In this document: positions 28,829 through 39,138 of the stretch, piece after piece
How the letters are laid out: each line of letters begins with the position of its first letter
How positions within the stretch are numbered: the stretch's first letter is position 1
Assembly: GCA_038890745.1 (NCBI GenBank)
Contig: JAWAFD010000001.1
Span: forward strand, 218,704-282,703
DNA: 64,000 nt
Reading direction: 5' to 3'
Origin: Candidatus Anstonellales archaeon
GTDB taxonomy: Archaea; Micrarchaeota; Micrarchaeia; Anstonellales; J096
The notes under the pieces: generated by a model
The model's input: the letters and a program-made list of their open reading frames with translations, nothing else
Told to the model about the DNA's origin: nothing
Database searches by the model: none
Program-made: the position numbers and the translations under genes

Positions 28829-29935
28829 CTATGGTAAGAATTCTTTGTTTTTTATTTTCTCCCTTATGTACTCCCCAACAAACGTGAGCCTCTGACCTTG
28901 CAATGCATCCTGCTCAAGCTTTTTCTTTGTTTTCACAACAAGCTTCAGTTCCTCCACCCATTGCTTGTGCGCCTTTATCCATGGATATTCTATCATCTCC
29001 ATGGCCCTCTTTATATCTATCTCCTTTGCCTTTATTGTAAGTTTTTCCAAAAACTCATATTTCTTAATATCGCTCATCGTTACGCCAATAAACCTAGCCT
29101 CCGGGATGCTAAAATCCCTTCCCAAATAAGCAAGGTTCATGCTCCCTGTTTTCATCGTCCAGTAGATATACCATCCCCAAGCATCGCAATCTGTGAAAAC
29201 AAAAATCGGCAGGCCCAGATCAGCAAACTTTCTCAACAGCCTTCTTGTTCCTCTAGAACTCTGTCCCTTTGGGGTAATCAATATTGCTTTCTCCTTTTCC
29301 CAGAATCTGTCCTCATTCAACCTCTGCCAGAGCGCATCCTTCTCTACTACGAGCACATACTTTGCATCTACTTTAACTATTTCCATTCCATTATCAACAT
29401 CGCTCGGTATCATCCATCCGCTCCTTCCCTGCTTCGTTCCATCTATTATTACCTCCTCCCCTGCGAACCTGTCCCGGATCACAACCGGACCTGCGAGAAC
29501 ACCTTTTCTATCTGTTGTAAGATTTAGGTCCTCTCTCTTTACGCCGAGCGCGACCTCTAAATCTTCTATGAGTGCGTTGCTTTCGCTTTGCTCTTCAAAA
29601 AGCGATTCGTCCACATCCTCCCCCAAGCTGAATTTTAGCTGGTAGTAAAGACCCCTTATGCTTGTGTGGAGCCCTTGCTCCAAAAAAGACTTTGTCTTGT
29701 TTGCTATCGCAATCGTTTGCATGAATGTCCTTGCCTGTCCTATATTCAGAAACTTTCTGACCTCTTTCTTATCCCCAAGCTTAAGATATCCCAAGTTTTC
29801 ATCAAATATTATGTTTCCCTTGCTGTGCAGATAGGTTTCGAATGCCGGGCTTTCGCCCCGGTTTATCTCATCCACCATCCTTTTCCCGAGCAATTTTAGT
29901 TTCTCAATCGGTGATGCGGATATCTCATCCACCAT
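28829..29935 (-). CDS. top6A: DNA topoisomerase VI subunit A
   Basis: SIRGLYY catalytic Tyr, VVEKD, DCDAWG toprim. Confidence 0.95.
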   Translation of the reverse strand: MVDEISASPIEKLKLLGKRMVDEINRGESPAFETYLHSKGNIIFDENLGYLKLGDKKEVRKFLNIGQARTFMQTIAIANKTKSFLEQGLHTSIRGLYYQLKFSLGEDVDESLFEEQSESNALIEDLEVALGVKREDLNLTTDRKGVLAGPVVIRDRFAGEEVIIDGTKQGRSGWMIPSDVDNGMEIVKVDAKYVLVVEKDALWQRLNEDRFWEKEKAILITPKGQSSRGTRRLLRKFADLGLPIFVFTDCDAWGWYIYWTMKTGSMNLAYLGRDFSIPEARFIGVTMSDIKKYEFLEKLTIKAKEIDIKRAMEMIEYPWIKAHKQWVEELKLVVKTKKKLEQDALQGQRLTFVGEYIREKIKNKEFLP

Positions 29936-31430
29936 ACTTTCCCTCCACTATTTCTATAAGCTTTTTTTCTATAACTTCTTTTTTTTCTCCGGATAGCTCT
30001 GCTATATCGCTGCTAAGCTGACTTATGTATTTCATAAAGAGCTGCTTCTTTGTTGCCCTTTCTCTCTCCCTTATTTTTCCTGAGATGTGCCTCTCAATCT
30101 GTCTGGCAGCCTCGAACACTGCATTCTTTATTTCGCTCATTATTTCCTCATCGTTTGTGATCGCCTGCTTTCCTGCACTTATGTAAGGAACATAGACACT
30201 GGAAAAATTAACAAATACTGTGATGGGCTCATTCTCAAAATCTTTTATTCCATATCTTTTCCAATCGATATTTTTTATAACCTCAGTAATGGCGCATGCG
30301 GATGCATCAAAAATAAGCGGGGCCCTATTCGCAAACCTCATGATGCTTGATTTCTGGTTTCCTCCATACGCAATCCCGGCTTCAACAACATATGGTATCC
30401 CTCCTTTGTAAACCTTTGGGGGTCTCTCAACAACCGCGACTATTTCTGGATTGAGTATATTCTTAAGGGATTTTTCTATCTGCTCCTTTCCTATTGGAAT
30501 TACAGAATCGGTTGCAGGAGCGATCCATTTCACCTGTTTGAATGCTTTGACTATTTTTTCAGCCTCCTCCCAGCTTAGTGTTTTTGGGTTTCTCTTGAAA
30601 TCTATCTCCGGAACAAGCGCTTGCACCTCCTTCACCTTTTCCGCGCTTACCCTTGAAAAGCTCGCTTGCAAAAACGAGCTTATTCTTGTTGATTCCGATG
30701 CCTTTGCCCTTTCCAGAAGGTCATGCACATCCACTCCGAGAGGGTGGGGGAGCACCTCCTTTGGTTTTTGTGGGACTTGTTCAACAGAGCGCGGGAATAT
30801 GAAAACCTGCCCGTCTGGGTCTGTGAATTCTATCTGCGCATGCGGATTTGCCAATGCGGTTCTCTTCAAGTATTCATATGCCCCATACTGCCCCTTATCA
30901 TACTTTACATTTCCAAACTCTCCCCTTACAACAATCCCTCTAAAATCCCCGTGGGTTTCAGAGCTGTTAGTAACCACCGGTTCGTTTGTTTTCAAATCCA
31001 CGCTCAGATCACACTCAAAGATCTTTCCATTATGCCCAGAGATCACATGAATAGGTTTACCGGTTGTTAGCAGAGCATACATCGTGCACCCTGCGGCGCC
31101 TATTCCCTGCTGCCCTCTCTGCTGCATGTACCTATGGAATTTTGTTCCGGTTAGCATCTGTCCTAATGCCTTTCCTACAAGGTTTGGTGGTATCCCGGGT
31201 CCATTATCCTGGACTGTTACAACGTACCTTTCCTCTCCAACCTCTTCTATTTTTATCTTTATCTCAGGCAAGATTCCTGCCTCTTCGCATGCATCCAAGC
31301 TGTTTGTTACGTACTCATGCACAATTGTTGTAAGGCTTCTTATCTTTCCGCTGAAACCTAGCATTTGAGCGTTCTTTTTGAAGAACTCTGTAATCGAATA
31401 TTCTCTGAAATTCTTTGACATCTCAGCCAT
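29925..31430 (-). CDS. top6B: DNA topoisomerase VI subunit B
   Basis: EYVTNSLDACEE, DNGPGI, RGQQGIG, RFANRAPL. Confidence 0.96.
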   Translation of the reverse strand: MAEMSKNFREYSITEFFKKNAQMLGFSGKIRSLTTIVHEYVTNSLDACEEAGILPEIKIKIEEVGEERYVVTVQDNGPGIPPNLVGKALGQMLTGTKFHRYMQQRGQQGIGAAGCTMYALLTTGKPIHVISGHNGKIFECDLSVDLKTNEPVVTNSSETHGDFRGIVVRGEFGNVKYDKGQYGAYEYLKRTALANPHAQIEFTDPDGQVFIFPRSVEQVPQKPKEVLPHPLGVDVHDLLERAKASESTRISSFLQASFSRVSAEKVKEVQALVPEIDFKRNPKTLSWEEAEKIVKAFKQVKWIAPATDSVIPIGKEQIEKSLKNILNPEIVAVVERPPKVYKGGIPYVVEAGIAYGGNQKSSIMRFANRAPLIFDASACAITEVIKNIDWKRYGIKDFENEPITVFVNFSSVYVPYISAGKQAITNDEEIMSEIKNAVFEAARQIERHISGKIRERERATKKQLFMKYISQLSSDIAELSGEKKEVIEKKLIEIVEGKYGG

Positions 31431-31974
31431 GTTTCTCCCCTCTGATTCTTGATAGCATAAGATTTTTTCTTGCTTTTGCAAGGTAGTTCAGGACTGTTGA
31501 GTGCATCGCACCTTCTATGATCATGTTAATCGCTTCCGTTGCAATATCTATGCTGTCAACCGGCCCTATCACACCTACCGTATGACCGTATACGCTTATG
31601 TAGCTATCCGAAGCATTTTCTATCTCGCTTTTTATCCTCCCTTTCTCCCCTATAATCCTTCCTTTTATCCTTCTCATTGCATTCTCACTATTCGCATACT
31701 CTTTAAGATTTATTATATGAAAATGATATCCCTCTTTTAGTAGCTTGAGTGCAACCCTTGCCTCAAACCCCCTTCCTATTGCGCGTACAACATCTTTTGC
31801 AAAGTATATTTTATCCGCATCTCCCTCCAGCATAACCTCCCCTTCTTCGTTCGCTTTTATCCTTACCCCGGCTGCATTTTCCACTTCCTTTTTTATCCTC
31901 TCATTCTCTCCTATAAGCGCAGCCACCCTTTCAGCGGGTATCTTTATTATTTCCTGTGCCCTTTCGCTCATCAT
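31423..31974 (-). CDS. KH-domain rRNA processing protein (Dim2/Pno1-like)
   Basis: RAIGRGF, RIKGRIIGEKG, GAMHSTV. Confidence 0.92.
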   Translation of the reverse strand: MMSERAQEIIKIPAERVAALIGENERIKKEVENAAGVRIKANEEGEVMLEGDADKIYFAKDVVRAIGRGFEARVALKLLKEGYHFHIINLKEYANSENAMRRIKGRIIGEKGRIKSEIENASDSYISVYGHTVGVIGPVDSIDIATEAINMIIEGAMHSTVLNYLAKARKNLMLSRIRGEKHG

Positions 31975-32687
31975 TTTCCCTCGTTGTATTGGATTATTTT
32001 TTGAAGGAGGTGTGCAATGTATTTGTTGGTTTCCTCTTTTAAAGCTTTCTTTGCCTGCTCTCCAAGAAGCTCGTTTTTTACATTCTGCATCGCCTCTGCA
32101 GATAGCATCCTCACCTTCTCGTCCCAGTCGTCTATGAGTGCGATGAAAACTTTCTGCACATCCTCATCTTTTTTCGCAAGGTTTTTTAGTGCTTCAAGCG
32201 CCATGTACTGAACATCATCTATCTCCTCCCGTGCTGTTTCTATAAGCTCAGGCTTGAATTCTTTCTCAACCTCCTCGTTGTTTATTTTTGAAAGCAACGC
32301 GAGAACTGCTTCCCTATCCTCTCCAATCCTTTCCCTAAGCCACCCCACTACTTCAGGGCACTCTTTTATTAACCTGTCCACCCCAGCAACAATAGAGGGA
32401 GAGCCATTCCCGATTTTTAAAAAATTCGCAAAAGCATCCTTCATGCCTGCCATGAAAAAAAGCTTTGCAGAGAGATACGCTAGCCGGTTTGCACTCATGT
32501 TCACTATGTACACTCTTTTTGGTGCGTTTGCATACTCCGCGGCCACATTTCCCATAATTCCCCCTACATTCTTCGCAATCTCGCATGCTTCCTTCTCCTT
32601 CTTCTCAACCATTAGCTTAATGCATTTCCAGAATATGTCGCTTATGTTCCTTTCAGCCAGCTCCTCTCCTTCAATATACTTCCGCAT
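31971..32687 (-). CDS. HEAT-repeat hypothetical protein
   Basis: All-helical; LIDDWDEKVRMLSAEAM. Confidence 0.6.
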   Translation of the reverse strand: MRKYIEGEELAERNISDIFWKCIKLMVEKKEKEACEIAKNVGGIMGNVAAEYANAPKRVYIVNMSANRLAYLSAKLFFMAGMKDAFANFLKIGNGSPSIVAGVDRLIKECPEVVGWLRERIGEDREAVLALLSKINNEEVEKEFKPELIETAREEIDDVQYMALEALKNLAKKDEDVQKVFIALIDDWDEKVRMLSAEAMQNVKNELLGEQAKKALKEETNKYIAHLLQKIIQYNEGK

Positions 32688-32727
32688 CTGTTCACCTTTT
32701 TAAAAACTATTCCTTCCGATTACTATT

Positions 32728-33354
32728 ATGGATAATAAAGAAATGGTTAAAAGGTTAAAGGAAACTGGTTTTCTGCTCTCCCCGGTTGTTGAAAACGCCA
32801 TGCTATCCATAGATAGAAAATATTTTGTTCCTGAAAAGTACATAGAGGATGCATACTATGATGTTGCCCTTCCCATAAAAAATCAATCCACTATCTCTGC
32901 TCCTGGCGTGGTTGCGTTCATGCTTTCCCATCTGGACTTGAAAAAAGGTCAGGATGTTTTGGAGGTTGGGACGGGTTCAGGGTATAATGCAGCCATCATC
33001 GCCAAGATCATCTCCCCCGGAAAACTTACCACAACCGAGATAGATGGGGAGGTTTTGGAGATCGCAAGAAAAAATCTTTCGCGTTTCAATTTCAAAAACA
33101 TAGAGTTGATTCACTGCGATGGAAGCGCGGGGTATGAAAAAAATGCTCCTTATGATAGAATAATAGTGACCGGTGCCATGCCCGCCATTCCAGAATCCCT
33201 CCGCAGCCAGCTCAAGCCAGACGGTCTTCTCATCTCTCCTGTTGGTCAGTATTTTCAAAAATTAGTTCTATACTCAAAAAAGGATAAGACATACAAGGAG
33301 CTTTTGGATGTGGTTTTTGTGCCGATAGTCGGAAAAGACGGTTTTAAAATTTAA
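32728..33354 (+). CDS. pcm: Protein-L-isoaspartate O-methyltransferase
   Basis: AYYDVALPI, TISAP, LEVGTGSGYNAA, APYDRIIVT, VFVP. Confidence 0.95.
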   Translation: MDNKEMVKRLKETGFLLSPVVENAMLSIDRKYFVPEKYIEDAYYDVALPIKNQSTISAPGVVAFMLSHLDLKKGQDVLEVGTGSGYNAAIIAKIISPGKLTTTEIDGEVLEIARKNLSRFNFKNIELIHCDGSAGYEKNAPYDRIIVTGAMPAIPESLRSQLKPDGLLISPVGQYFQKLVLYSKKDKTYKELLDVVFVPIVGKDGFKI

Positions 33355-33363
33355 AAACAATAC

Positions 33364-33607
33364 AAGCCTCGGACGGGGATCGAACCCGAACCGCAGGGAA
33401 ACCACCAGCGGGTTTCCCCTCAGTTTGAGGCTCCTCCTGATCCCCTTCCTGCAACCTTTTTTTTAAGAATTATGAGCCTCGGACGGGGATCGAACCGAGC
33501 TTTTAGGGGGGAAGTATCCCCCCTGAAAAGCTACGCTCGCAAAATCACCCCCCTCACTTTTGGATAACAGAACTTACTGTATAAGCCTCGGACGGGGATC
33601 GAACCCG
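33364..33607 (-). repeat. Three copies of the tRNA-Thr 3' end at ~110-bp period, separated by unique hairpin-forming spacers
   Basis: AGCCTCGGACGGGGATCGAACC at 33365, 33475 and 33584 (the last within the tRNA). Confidence 0.9.
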
Positions 33608-33655
33608 TGACCTCTTGCTTACCAAGCAAGCGCTCTACCACTGAGCTACCGAGGC
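33584..33655 (-). tRNA. tRNA-Thr(GGU)
   Basis: Reverse complement GCCTCGG TA GCTC AGTGGTA GAGC G CTTGC TTGGTAA GCAAG AGGTC ACGGG TTCGATC CCCGT CCGAGGC T. Confidence 0.97.
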
Positions 33656-33741
33656 ATTAGTTCCCTTATGCTGGGAATCATCAGGATGGGAAAATTTTTG
33701 ATAGAAAACCTTAAATATACTTTTTCTCATAAACAAGACAC

Positions 33742-34182
33742 ATGAGTAAGTTTGGTAGGACAATAAAAAGGGTTGGTGAACGCATACTATTTACATTAAC
33801 CCCTTTAATCCTCTCCTGTGCATTTTTGCATAGAGCTCCTAAGGTCGAGAATATGCAGAATAATAAACAAGTTGAAGTGGACACAGCAAACGCAGAAGTT
33901 GTAGAGAATTGGTGGGATGAGGTACGGAAAAGAGTGGATGTAGAAAAAGAGTTAGCCTATTGGAAAGTTGTTCTCCACGATGATTGGGTTAAAGATACAG
34001 CACGGTTTGTTTATGTTGTTGAAGGAACAATAAGCTATAGAGAATGGCTTGGAGTTCCTTGGAACTCTCTTTCAAGAGAGGAACAGAAAAAATTAATTTT
34101 AAATAATTTAAGTCTAGGAACAGGAGGCAAAGACCCAGAACCGATATCTCCACCAATGCCAGAAATCGGCACATGGAAATAA
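33742..34182 (+). CDS. Hypothetical lipoprotein-like protein
   Basis: Basic N-terminus, hydrophobic stretch ending LILSC; TATA at ~33710. Confidence 0.6.
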   Translation: MSKFGRTIKRVGERILFTLTPLILSCAFLHRAPKVENMQNNKQVEVDTANAEVVENWWDEVRKRVDVEKELAYWKVVLHDDWVKDTARFVYVVEGTISYREWLGVPWNSLSREEQKKLILNNLSLGTGGKDPEPISPPMPEIGTWK

Positions 34183-34187
34183 TTTTC

Positions 34188-35668
34188 CTATTTTTCCATG
34201 CTTTCTTTAATTCTTTCAATTCTTTCTAATAATTCATTATACATCGCATGCTTTTCCCCAACAGTTTCAACACACTCTTGTAGAGCATTATATGCATTTT
34301 TGTAGAATTCTTTAGCTTGCTCGGGATTTTCTTTAGATTGTTTTTCGGCCAGTTCCTCATACAATTCACACAGATTTATATAAGCGAGAACATAGAATCT
34401 ATCTGCTTCAGTTGCTTTTTTATAATTCTCTTCAGCTTCCACGTACCTTTTTTGTTTATGATACACCCTTCCAAGCCCAGTTAATGCTTCAGCATACTTT
34501 TCTTTTAATTCTATAGCTCTCTTAAACTCCGTTTCTGCTTTATCTAGTTCATTCAATCCAAGATAAGCCAACCCTAGATTCATATGAACCTCTCCATTTT
34601 CAGGATAGTTTTTTGCTAATGGTTCAAGCAGTTCCCTAGCTTCTTCGTATTTTGCTTTGATAATTAAAATCTTTCCTAGGCCAACCTTTGCATCAGCATA
34701 GTCTTTGTTTATTTTAATACATCTCTCGAAACACCTTTTTGCATTTTCCAGATCGCCTAAACTTAGATATACATTTCCAAGCGCGTGCCACCCTCTCTCA
34801 TTGTTCTTCCACTTTGCAGTAACATCCAATAATATATCTTTTGCTTTTTCATATCTCCCAGCAAAATAATAAGCCTTTCCAAGATTTGTCAAAGTTCCAA
34901 ACTCCCCCATTATCCTTGCTCTTTCGTAATTCTCTATTGCTCTATCATAAGCCCCATTTTTTAAAGACAAATACCCTTGCTGATCATAGTAGGTCGCCTC
35001 AACCTTATCTCTTGTGTCAAGCAAAAGAACATTGTCTTTAGGAAGAGAAAATCCATTTTCTATCAGGTCACTATAATAAGTAGAAATCTCAGAAACAAAA
35101 TCTTCACTTCCTGGCTTGTTTGTAAGTGTTCCAAATAATTTTCTTGCAGGGTCTATAAGCAATGTTTCATTTTCCAATTCAACAATTATGATTGAGGCAT
35201 GCGCTTCATCAACAACAAAACCCCTCTCTCTTTTCTCAAATCTTAAACATAAAAGCTGGGAGCTTATCCCAATCTCATCCAACAAAGCATATGTAAACCT
35301 TGAGTATTCTAAACAATTTAGTTTTATAATTTGCTTATTTTCTATTGCATTGCATATCTGGAAATTTGAATAAGGAGTTCTTGGGTTTGATCCGTTGTAT
35401 GATTTGATGAATTTGTTTTCTATTATGAAGCTATAAACAAACTTTGCTTTATCCTTCTCTGTGCTAACATGGCCCCAGTCAGTTTTTAGTCTTAAATCTA
35501 TTGCAAGCTGTTGTCTTATTCCATCAGTTATCCCAAGAATACCATAATCTGGTATTTTCTTATTTTCTTAGGTATTATCTCACCTATACCGAGCTCTTTC
35601 TCTAGTTTTGGCTCCTGTATTTGGATTTGTCCGGGGCAGTCACGTTCTTTTGGAGTTGATTTTTTTTC
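34188..35668 (-). pseudogene. Transglutaminase-like (Cys-His-Asp) + TPR protein, 5' end disrupted
   Basis: Frame is open 35567-34188 with LNCLEYS...AHAS...LIDP and about 6 TPRs, but has no ATG/GTG/TTG upstream of the Cys; 8-bp duplication TATTTTCT at 35553-35568 shifts the frame. Confidence 0.65.
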
Positions 35669-36161
35669 TTATAAGTTTTGTTCGTTGGTTCAGTCTTGCG
35701 AAGTCACGCTCTACAAGTTTCTTAACTTTCCCAATAACATTTTTTATTCTTTTCCAATGTCCTCCTTCCCAATAAACCTGTCCGCATCTTTTACATACCC
35801 AGAACTCCTTAATTTTTTCAAGCACCTTTCTAGGAACCCTATGCTTAACCTCTTCTTTTTTAGCTTTTTTCAACTCTCCATTACAGAGCGCGCATCTCGT
35901 CTCCCTTATCTTTAAACTCAACCTAAAATGTTTGACAATATCAGCCATTTTTTCATAAAAATTTTTTCCCTTCACAACATATATCCTAACCTCTTTGCTC
36001 TTCATCTTTTCATCGCGCGTTAGGATAACCCTACCCTCTTCTAATGCTTTCCTCACTATCTCTTCATCCTTAACTTTTTTCACATAGGCGGCGTCGTACC
36101 CAAGGATGCGAAGCCATCTTGCAACATCGCCCAGCATTTCGTCAACAAGGAATTTTGGCAT
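35640..36161 (-). CDS. Mut7-C PIN-domain RNase (DUF82) with Zn ribbon
   Basis: FLVDEMLG.VARWLRILGYD, ILTRD, RCALCNG, CKRCGQVYWEGGHW. Confidence 0.92.
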   Translation of the reverse strand: MPKFLVDEMLGDVARWLRILGYDAAYVKKVKDEEIVRKALEEGRVILTRDEKMKSKEVRIYVVKGKNFYEKMADIVKHFRLSLKIRETRCALCNGELKKAKKEEVKHRVPRKVLEKIKEFWVCKRCGQVYWEGGHWKRIKNVIGKVKKLVERDFARLNQRTKLIRKKINSKRT

Positions 36162-36202
36162 GAAGACTATTTATCTAACAAAATTATAAAACTAACTAAA
36201 CA

Positions 36203-36514
36203 TCAGCCTAAAATTATTTTCACAAAAACATCATCCGGAACCTTTATCCTCAAAATCTGTCTTAAATTCTTCTCGTCCCCCTCTATCTCAACTATTCTTC
36301 TGCTTATTCTTTTCTCCCATCTTTCGTAAGTATCCGAGCCATCCCCGCATGGGGTCCTCCTAGTAGCGATCAAAAGTTTTTTTCTTGGCATGGGGATTGG
36401 ACCCTTTATTTTCATATCAAGTGTTTTTGCAATTTGTTTTATCTGGTCTATTACATAGTTTATGCTCTCTGGTTTTTCAGCTTCCAAACGGATCCGAGCC
36501 TTCGCCCTTGTCAT
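36203..36514 (-). CDS. rps10: 30S ribosomal protein uS10
   Basis: KGPIPMP, RRTPCGDGSDTYERWE; follows tuf. Confidence 0.96.
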   Translation of the reverse strand: MTRAKARIRLEAEKPESINYVIDQIKQIAKTLDMKIKGPIPMPRKKLLIATRRTPCGDGSDTYERWEKRISRRIVEIEGDEKNLRQILRIKVPDDVFVKIILG

Positions 36515-36554
36515 CCCTTTTCACTCCTCCAAAATAATAAACAAAAAGAAAAAA

Positions 36555-37823
36555 TTACGCAGATTTTGGCTTTACGTCAAGCACAATCCCTGCCGCGATG
36601 GTCATACCCATGTCCCTGATTGCAAACCTTCCGAGCGGCGGGAAGTCTTGGAATTTTTCCACAACTACTGGTTTCACGGGTTTTATTTTTACAACCCCAA
36701 CATCCCCGGTTTTTAGGTAGTTCGGCTTTCCTTCGCTCTGGCCCGTTTTCGGGTCTTTCTTTTCCACAAGTTCAACAATCTTTCCTGCAAACTGCGCGGT
36801 GTGGATATGGAAGACCGGTGTATATCCGACCGTAATCGCGGTTGGGTGGTTTAGCACAACAATCTGCGCTGTGAACTCTTCAGCAACCTTCGGTGGGTTG
36901 TCTGGGTGGCCTATTACATCCCCTCTGTTAATATCTTTTCTTTCAACCCCTTTTACGTTGAATCCTACATTGTCCCCCGGAACCGCTTCTGGAATTTCCT
37001 GGTGGTGCATTTCTATTCTCTTTACTTCTCCCTTTGCACCAGATGGCATGAAAACAACAGTTTCACCAGGCTTGAGCTTTCCAGTCTCAACCCTTCCAAC
37101 CGGAACTGTTCCGTGGCCTGTGATCGTAAACACATCTTGGATGGGCAGCCTCAGCGGTTTATCGATTGGTTTTGGAGGAACCTTCAGCGTGTCCAAAGCC
37201 TCGAAAAGCGTTGGTCCTTTGTAATATGGAGTTTTATCGCTCTTTTTTACGAGGTTGTCTCCGTAGTATGAAGAAGCTGGGATTATGGGTATGTTCTCAA
37301 CTTTATACCCTATTCCCTTTAGAAGGTTTTCAACCTCTGCTTTTACTTTTTTATAATCTTCTTCTTTGTAATCAACCGCGTCCATCTTTGAGAGAAGCAC
37401 TATCAGCTGGTCTATTCCAAGAACCTTTGCAAGGAATGCGTGCTCTTTTGTCTGAGCCTGAACCCCATCCTTTGCGGAAACTACAAGAACAGCCGCATCC
37501 GCCTGGCTTGCACCGGTGATCATGTTTTTTACAAAGTCCCTGTGCCCCGGAGCATCTATGATTGTAAAGTGGTATTTTGGGGTTTCAAACTCTTGATGGC
37601 TGACATCTATCGTCAGACCCCTCTCCCTTTCCTCCTTCATGGTGTCCATTACGTACGCAAACTCGAAAGTTGGCTTTCCTAACTTTTCTGCCTCTTCTTT
37701 TAGTTTTCTTATTACATTATCCGGTACCTTGCCTGTTTCGTAAAGCACTCTTCCCACTGTAGTTGACTTTCCCGCATCGACATGTCCTATAAAGACAATG
37801 TTTATATGCTCTTTTTTTGCCAT
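36555..37823 (-). CDS. tuf: Translation elongation factor aEF-1alpha
   Basis: [49 protein letters not shown]. Confidence 0.99.
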   Translation of the reverse strand: MAKKEHINIVFIGHVDAGKSTTVGRVLYETGKVPDNVIRKLKEEAEKLGKPTFEFAYVMDTMKEERERGLTIDVSHQEFETPKYHFTIIDAPGHRDFVKNMITGASQADAAVLVVSAKDGVQAQTKEHAFLAKVLGIDQLIVLLSKMDAVDYKEEDYKKVKAEVENLLKGIGYKVENIPIIPASSYYGDNLVKKSDKTPYYKGPTLFEALDTLKVPPKPIDKPLRLPIQDVFTITGHGTVPVGRVETGKLKPGETVVFMPSGAKGEVKRIEMHHQEIPEAVPGDNVGFNVKGVERKDINRGDVIGHPDNPPKVAEEFTAQIVVLNHPTAITVGYTPVFHIHTAQFAGKIVELVEKKDPKTGQSEGKPNYLKTGDVGVVKIKPVKPVVVEKFQDFPPLGRFAIRDMGMTIAAGIVLDVKPKSA

Positions 37824-37892
37824 ACCATCACCCCATAAATTTTTTGCTCAGAATCTATGAACTTATACACCTATCCTTTTTTAAATGTTTTC

Positions 37893-37980
37893 CCATCCCC
37901 TCTCGGCATATACTTCGAGATGTGGTGAGGTGGTAAGCGCAAGGCTCCACCCCACCCCCCATTTATTCCCTAAGGGAAAG
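37893..37980 (-). ncRNA. Possible small structured RNA (three hairpins) upstream of the tuf promoter
   Basis: GC-rich intergenic; 10-bp stem GGTGGGGTGG/CCACCTCACC that is perfect only on the minus strand, plus TTCCC/GGGAA and TCTCG/CGAGA hairpins. Confidence 0.3.
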
Positions 37981-38028
37981 AGCAGATAGTAGGAAATGTT
38001 TTTATAACTTTTGTTGCTCCATTTTTCT

Positions 38029-39138
38029 ATGAAGAAAGTTTTTCTCCCATTTTTCATTTTCCTCCTATTTTTCCTTGCCTGCGTGGAAAAAGAGTCCCTT
38101 CAACCCGTCGCTGAACCCGCATCAAAAATAACTTTCGAAACATACATTCCAGCGTATGTTCCGGATGACAATTTTTGGATTGAGCAGGCCAAATACAACA
38201 ACAATTTCGAGATATGTAAAAAGGTAAGCGAGGAAAACAGGTCTGAATGTTATTCCTTGTTTGCGTACGAGGATTTGGACGCGTGCGTTCTCCTCCGTCC
38301 CCCGGAGGAAGACGACTGTCTTTTTCACCATGCAACAACCCTTTCAAAATGGGAGCTCTGTTCTGCGATTCAGAACGCAACGCTTAGGGCGGTATGCGAC
38401 CAGCTGCTAGGGCCATGTTCCACTCTCTACGGAGCAGAAAAATCCAGATGCCTTGCCTTCTACTACAACGACTCTTCATACTGCGAGGATGAAAACTGCT
38501 TGTTTGATTATGCAATAGTGTTCAAAGATCCATCCATTTGCAGCGCGATTTCAAGACCGGATTTGAATGCAGCATGCAAAACATATCTTTTGAACAAGGA
38601 TTATTGCAAGGAGGTTCAAGCAAACAATGCGGATTTCTGCTACTATTTTGTTGCGACGCATAAAAACCAACTTCATCTCTGCTCAAAGATATATTCAAAC
38701 TACTACCGCTTAGAATGCGCAGTGTACAAAGCCGTGTATGAAAGAAACCCATCCGCATGCTCTCTTATGGAGTACAACACAGCATACTATACCTGTCTTA
38801 GGAGATATGCGATGGAAATGAACGATGTAACCGGTTGCCTTATGATAGATTATCGCGCACCTTCTCATAACGGCTGTTTGTATGAACTCGCGGAAAAATA
38901 CCGCAACCCGGCGTACTGCGTTAACATTACAGATTCAAACATGAAAACAAACTGCTATCTCATGACCATGGGGATAGAAAATATCACATACTCTCTTTCA
39001 GATTGCATGAAAATAGACCATGAGGTTTGGAGAGAAAAATGCATTCTTAGGCTTGCTCAACATAATAAGGATTCTTCTCTTTGCAAATATTTAACATATT
39101 ACTATGTGTCCTGCATGGCCTCTGTTTCCGGCGGATAA
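38029..39138 (+). CDS. Cys-rich repeat surface lipoprotein
   Basis: Lipobox FLAC; more than 10 imperfect ~24-27 aa repeats each with two Cys. Confidence 0.8.
   Translation: MKKVFLPFFIFLLFFLACVEKESLQPVAEPASKITFETYIPAYVPDDNFWIEQAKYNNNFEICKKVSEENRSECYSLFAYEDLDACVLLRPPEEDDCLFHHATTLSKWELCSAIQNATLRAVCDQLLGPCSTLYGAEKSRCLAFYYNDSSYCEDENCLFDYAIVFKDPSICSAISRPDLNAACKTYLLNKDYCKEVQANNADFCYYFVATHKNQLHLCSKIYSNYYRLECAVYKAVYERNPSACSLMEYNTAYYTCLRRYAMEMNDVTGCLMIDYRAPSHNGCLYELAEKYRNPAYCVNITDSNMKTNCYLMTMGIENITYSLSDCMKIDHEVWREKCILRLAQHNKDSSLCKYLTYYYVSCMASVSGG

Noticed and set aside
33364-33496. Trans-spliced (split) tRNA 3' halves
   Set aside because: The intact tRNA-Thr is adjacent, the fragments begin inside the T-stem, and the flanking hairpins pair with themselves rather than offering a leader for a 5' half.
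33364-33607. Canonical CRISPR array
   Set aside because: The repeat is the tRNA-Thr 3' end, spacers are ~86 bp, there are only three copies, and no cas genes are in the window.
35640-35670. Programmed frameshift fusing Mut7-C RNase to the transglutaminase-TPR frame
   Set aside because: It would need two separate frame corrections; Mut7-C is complete on its own.
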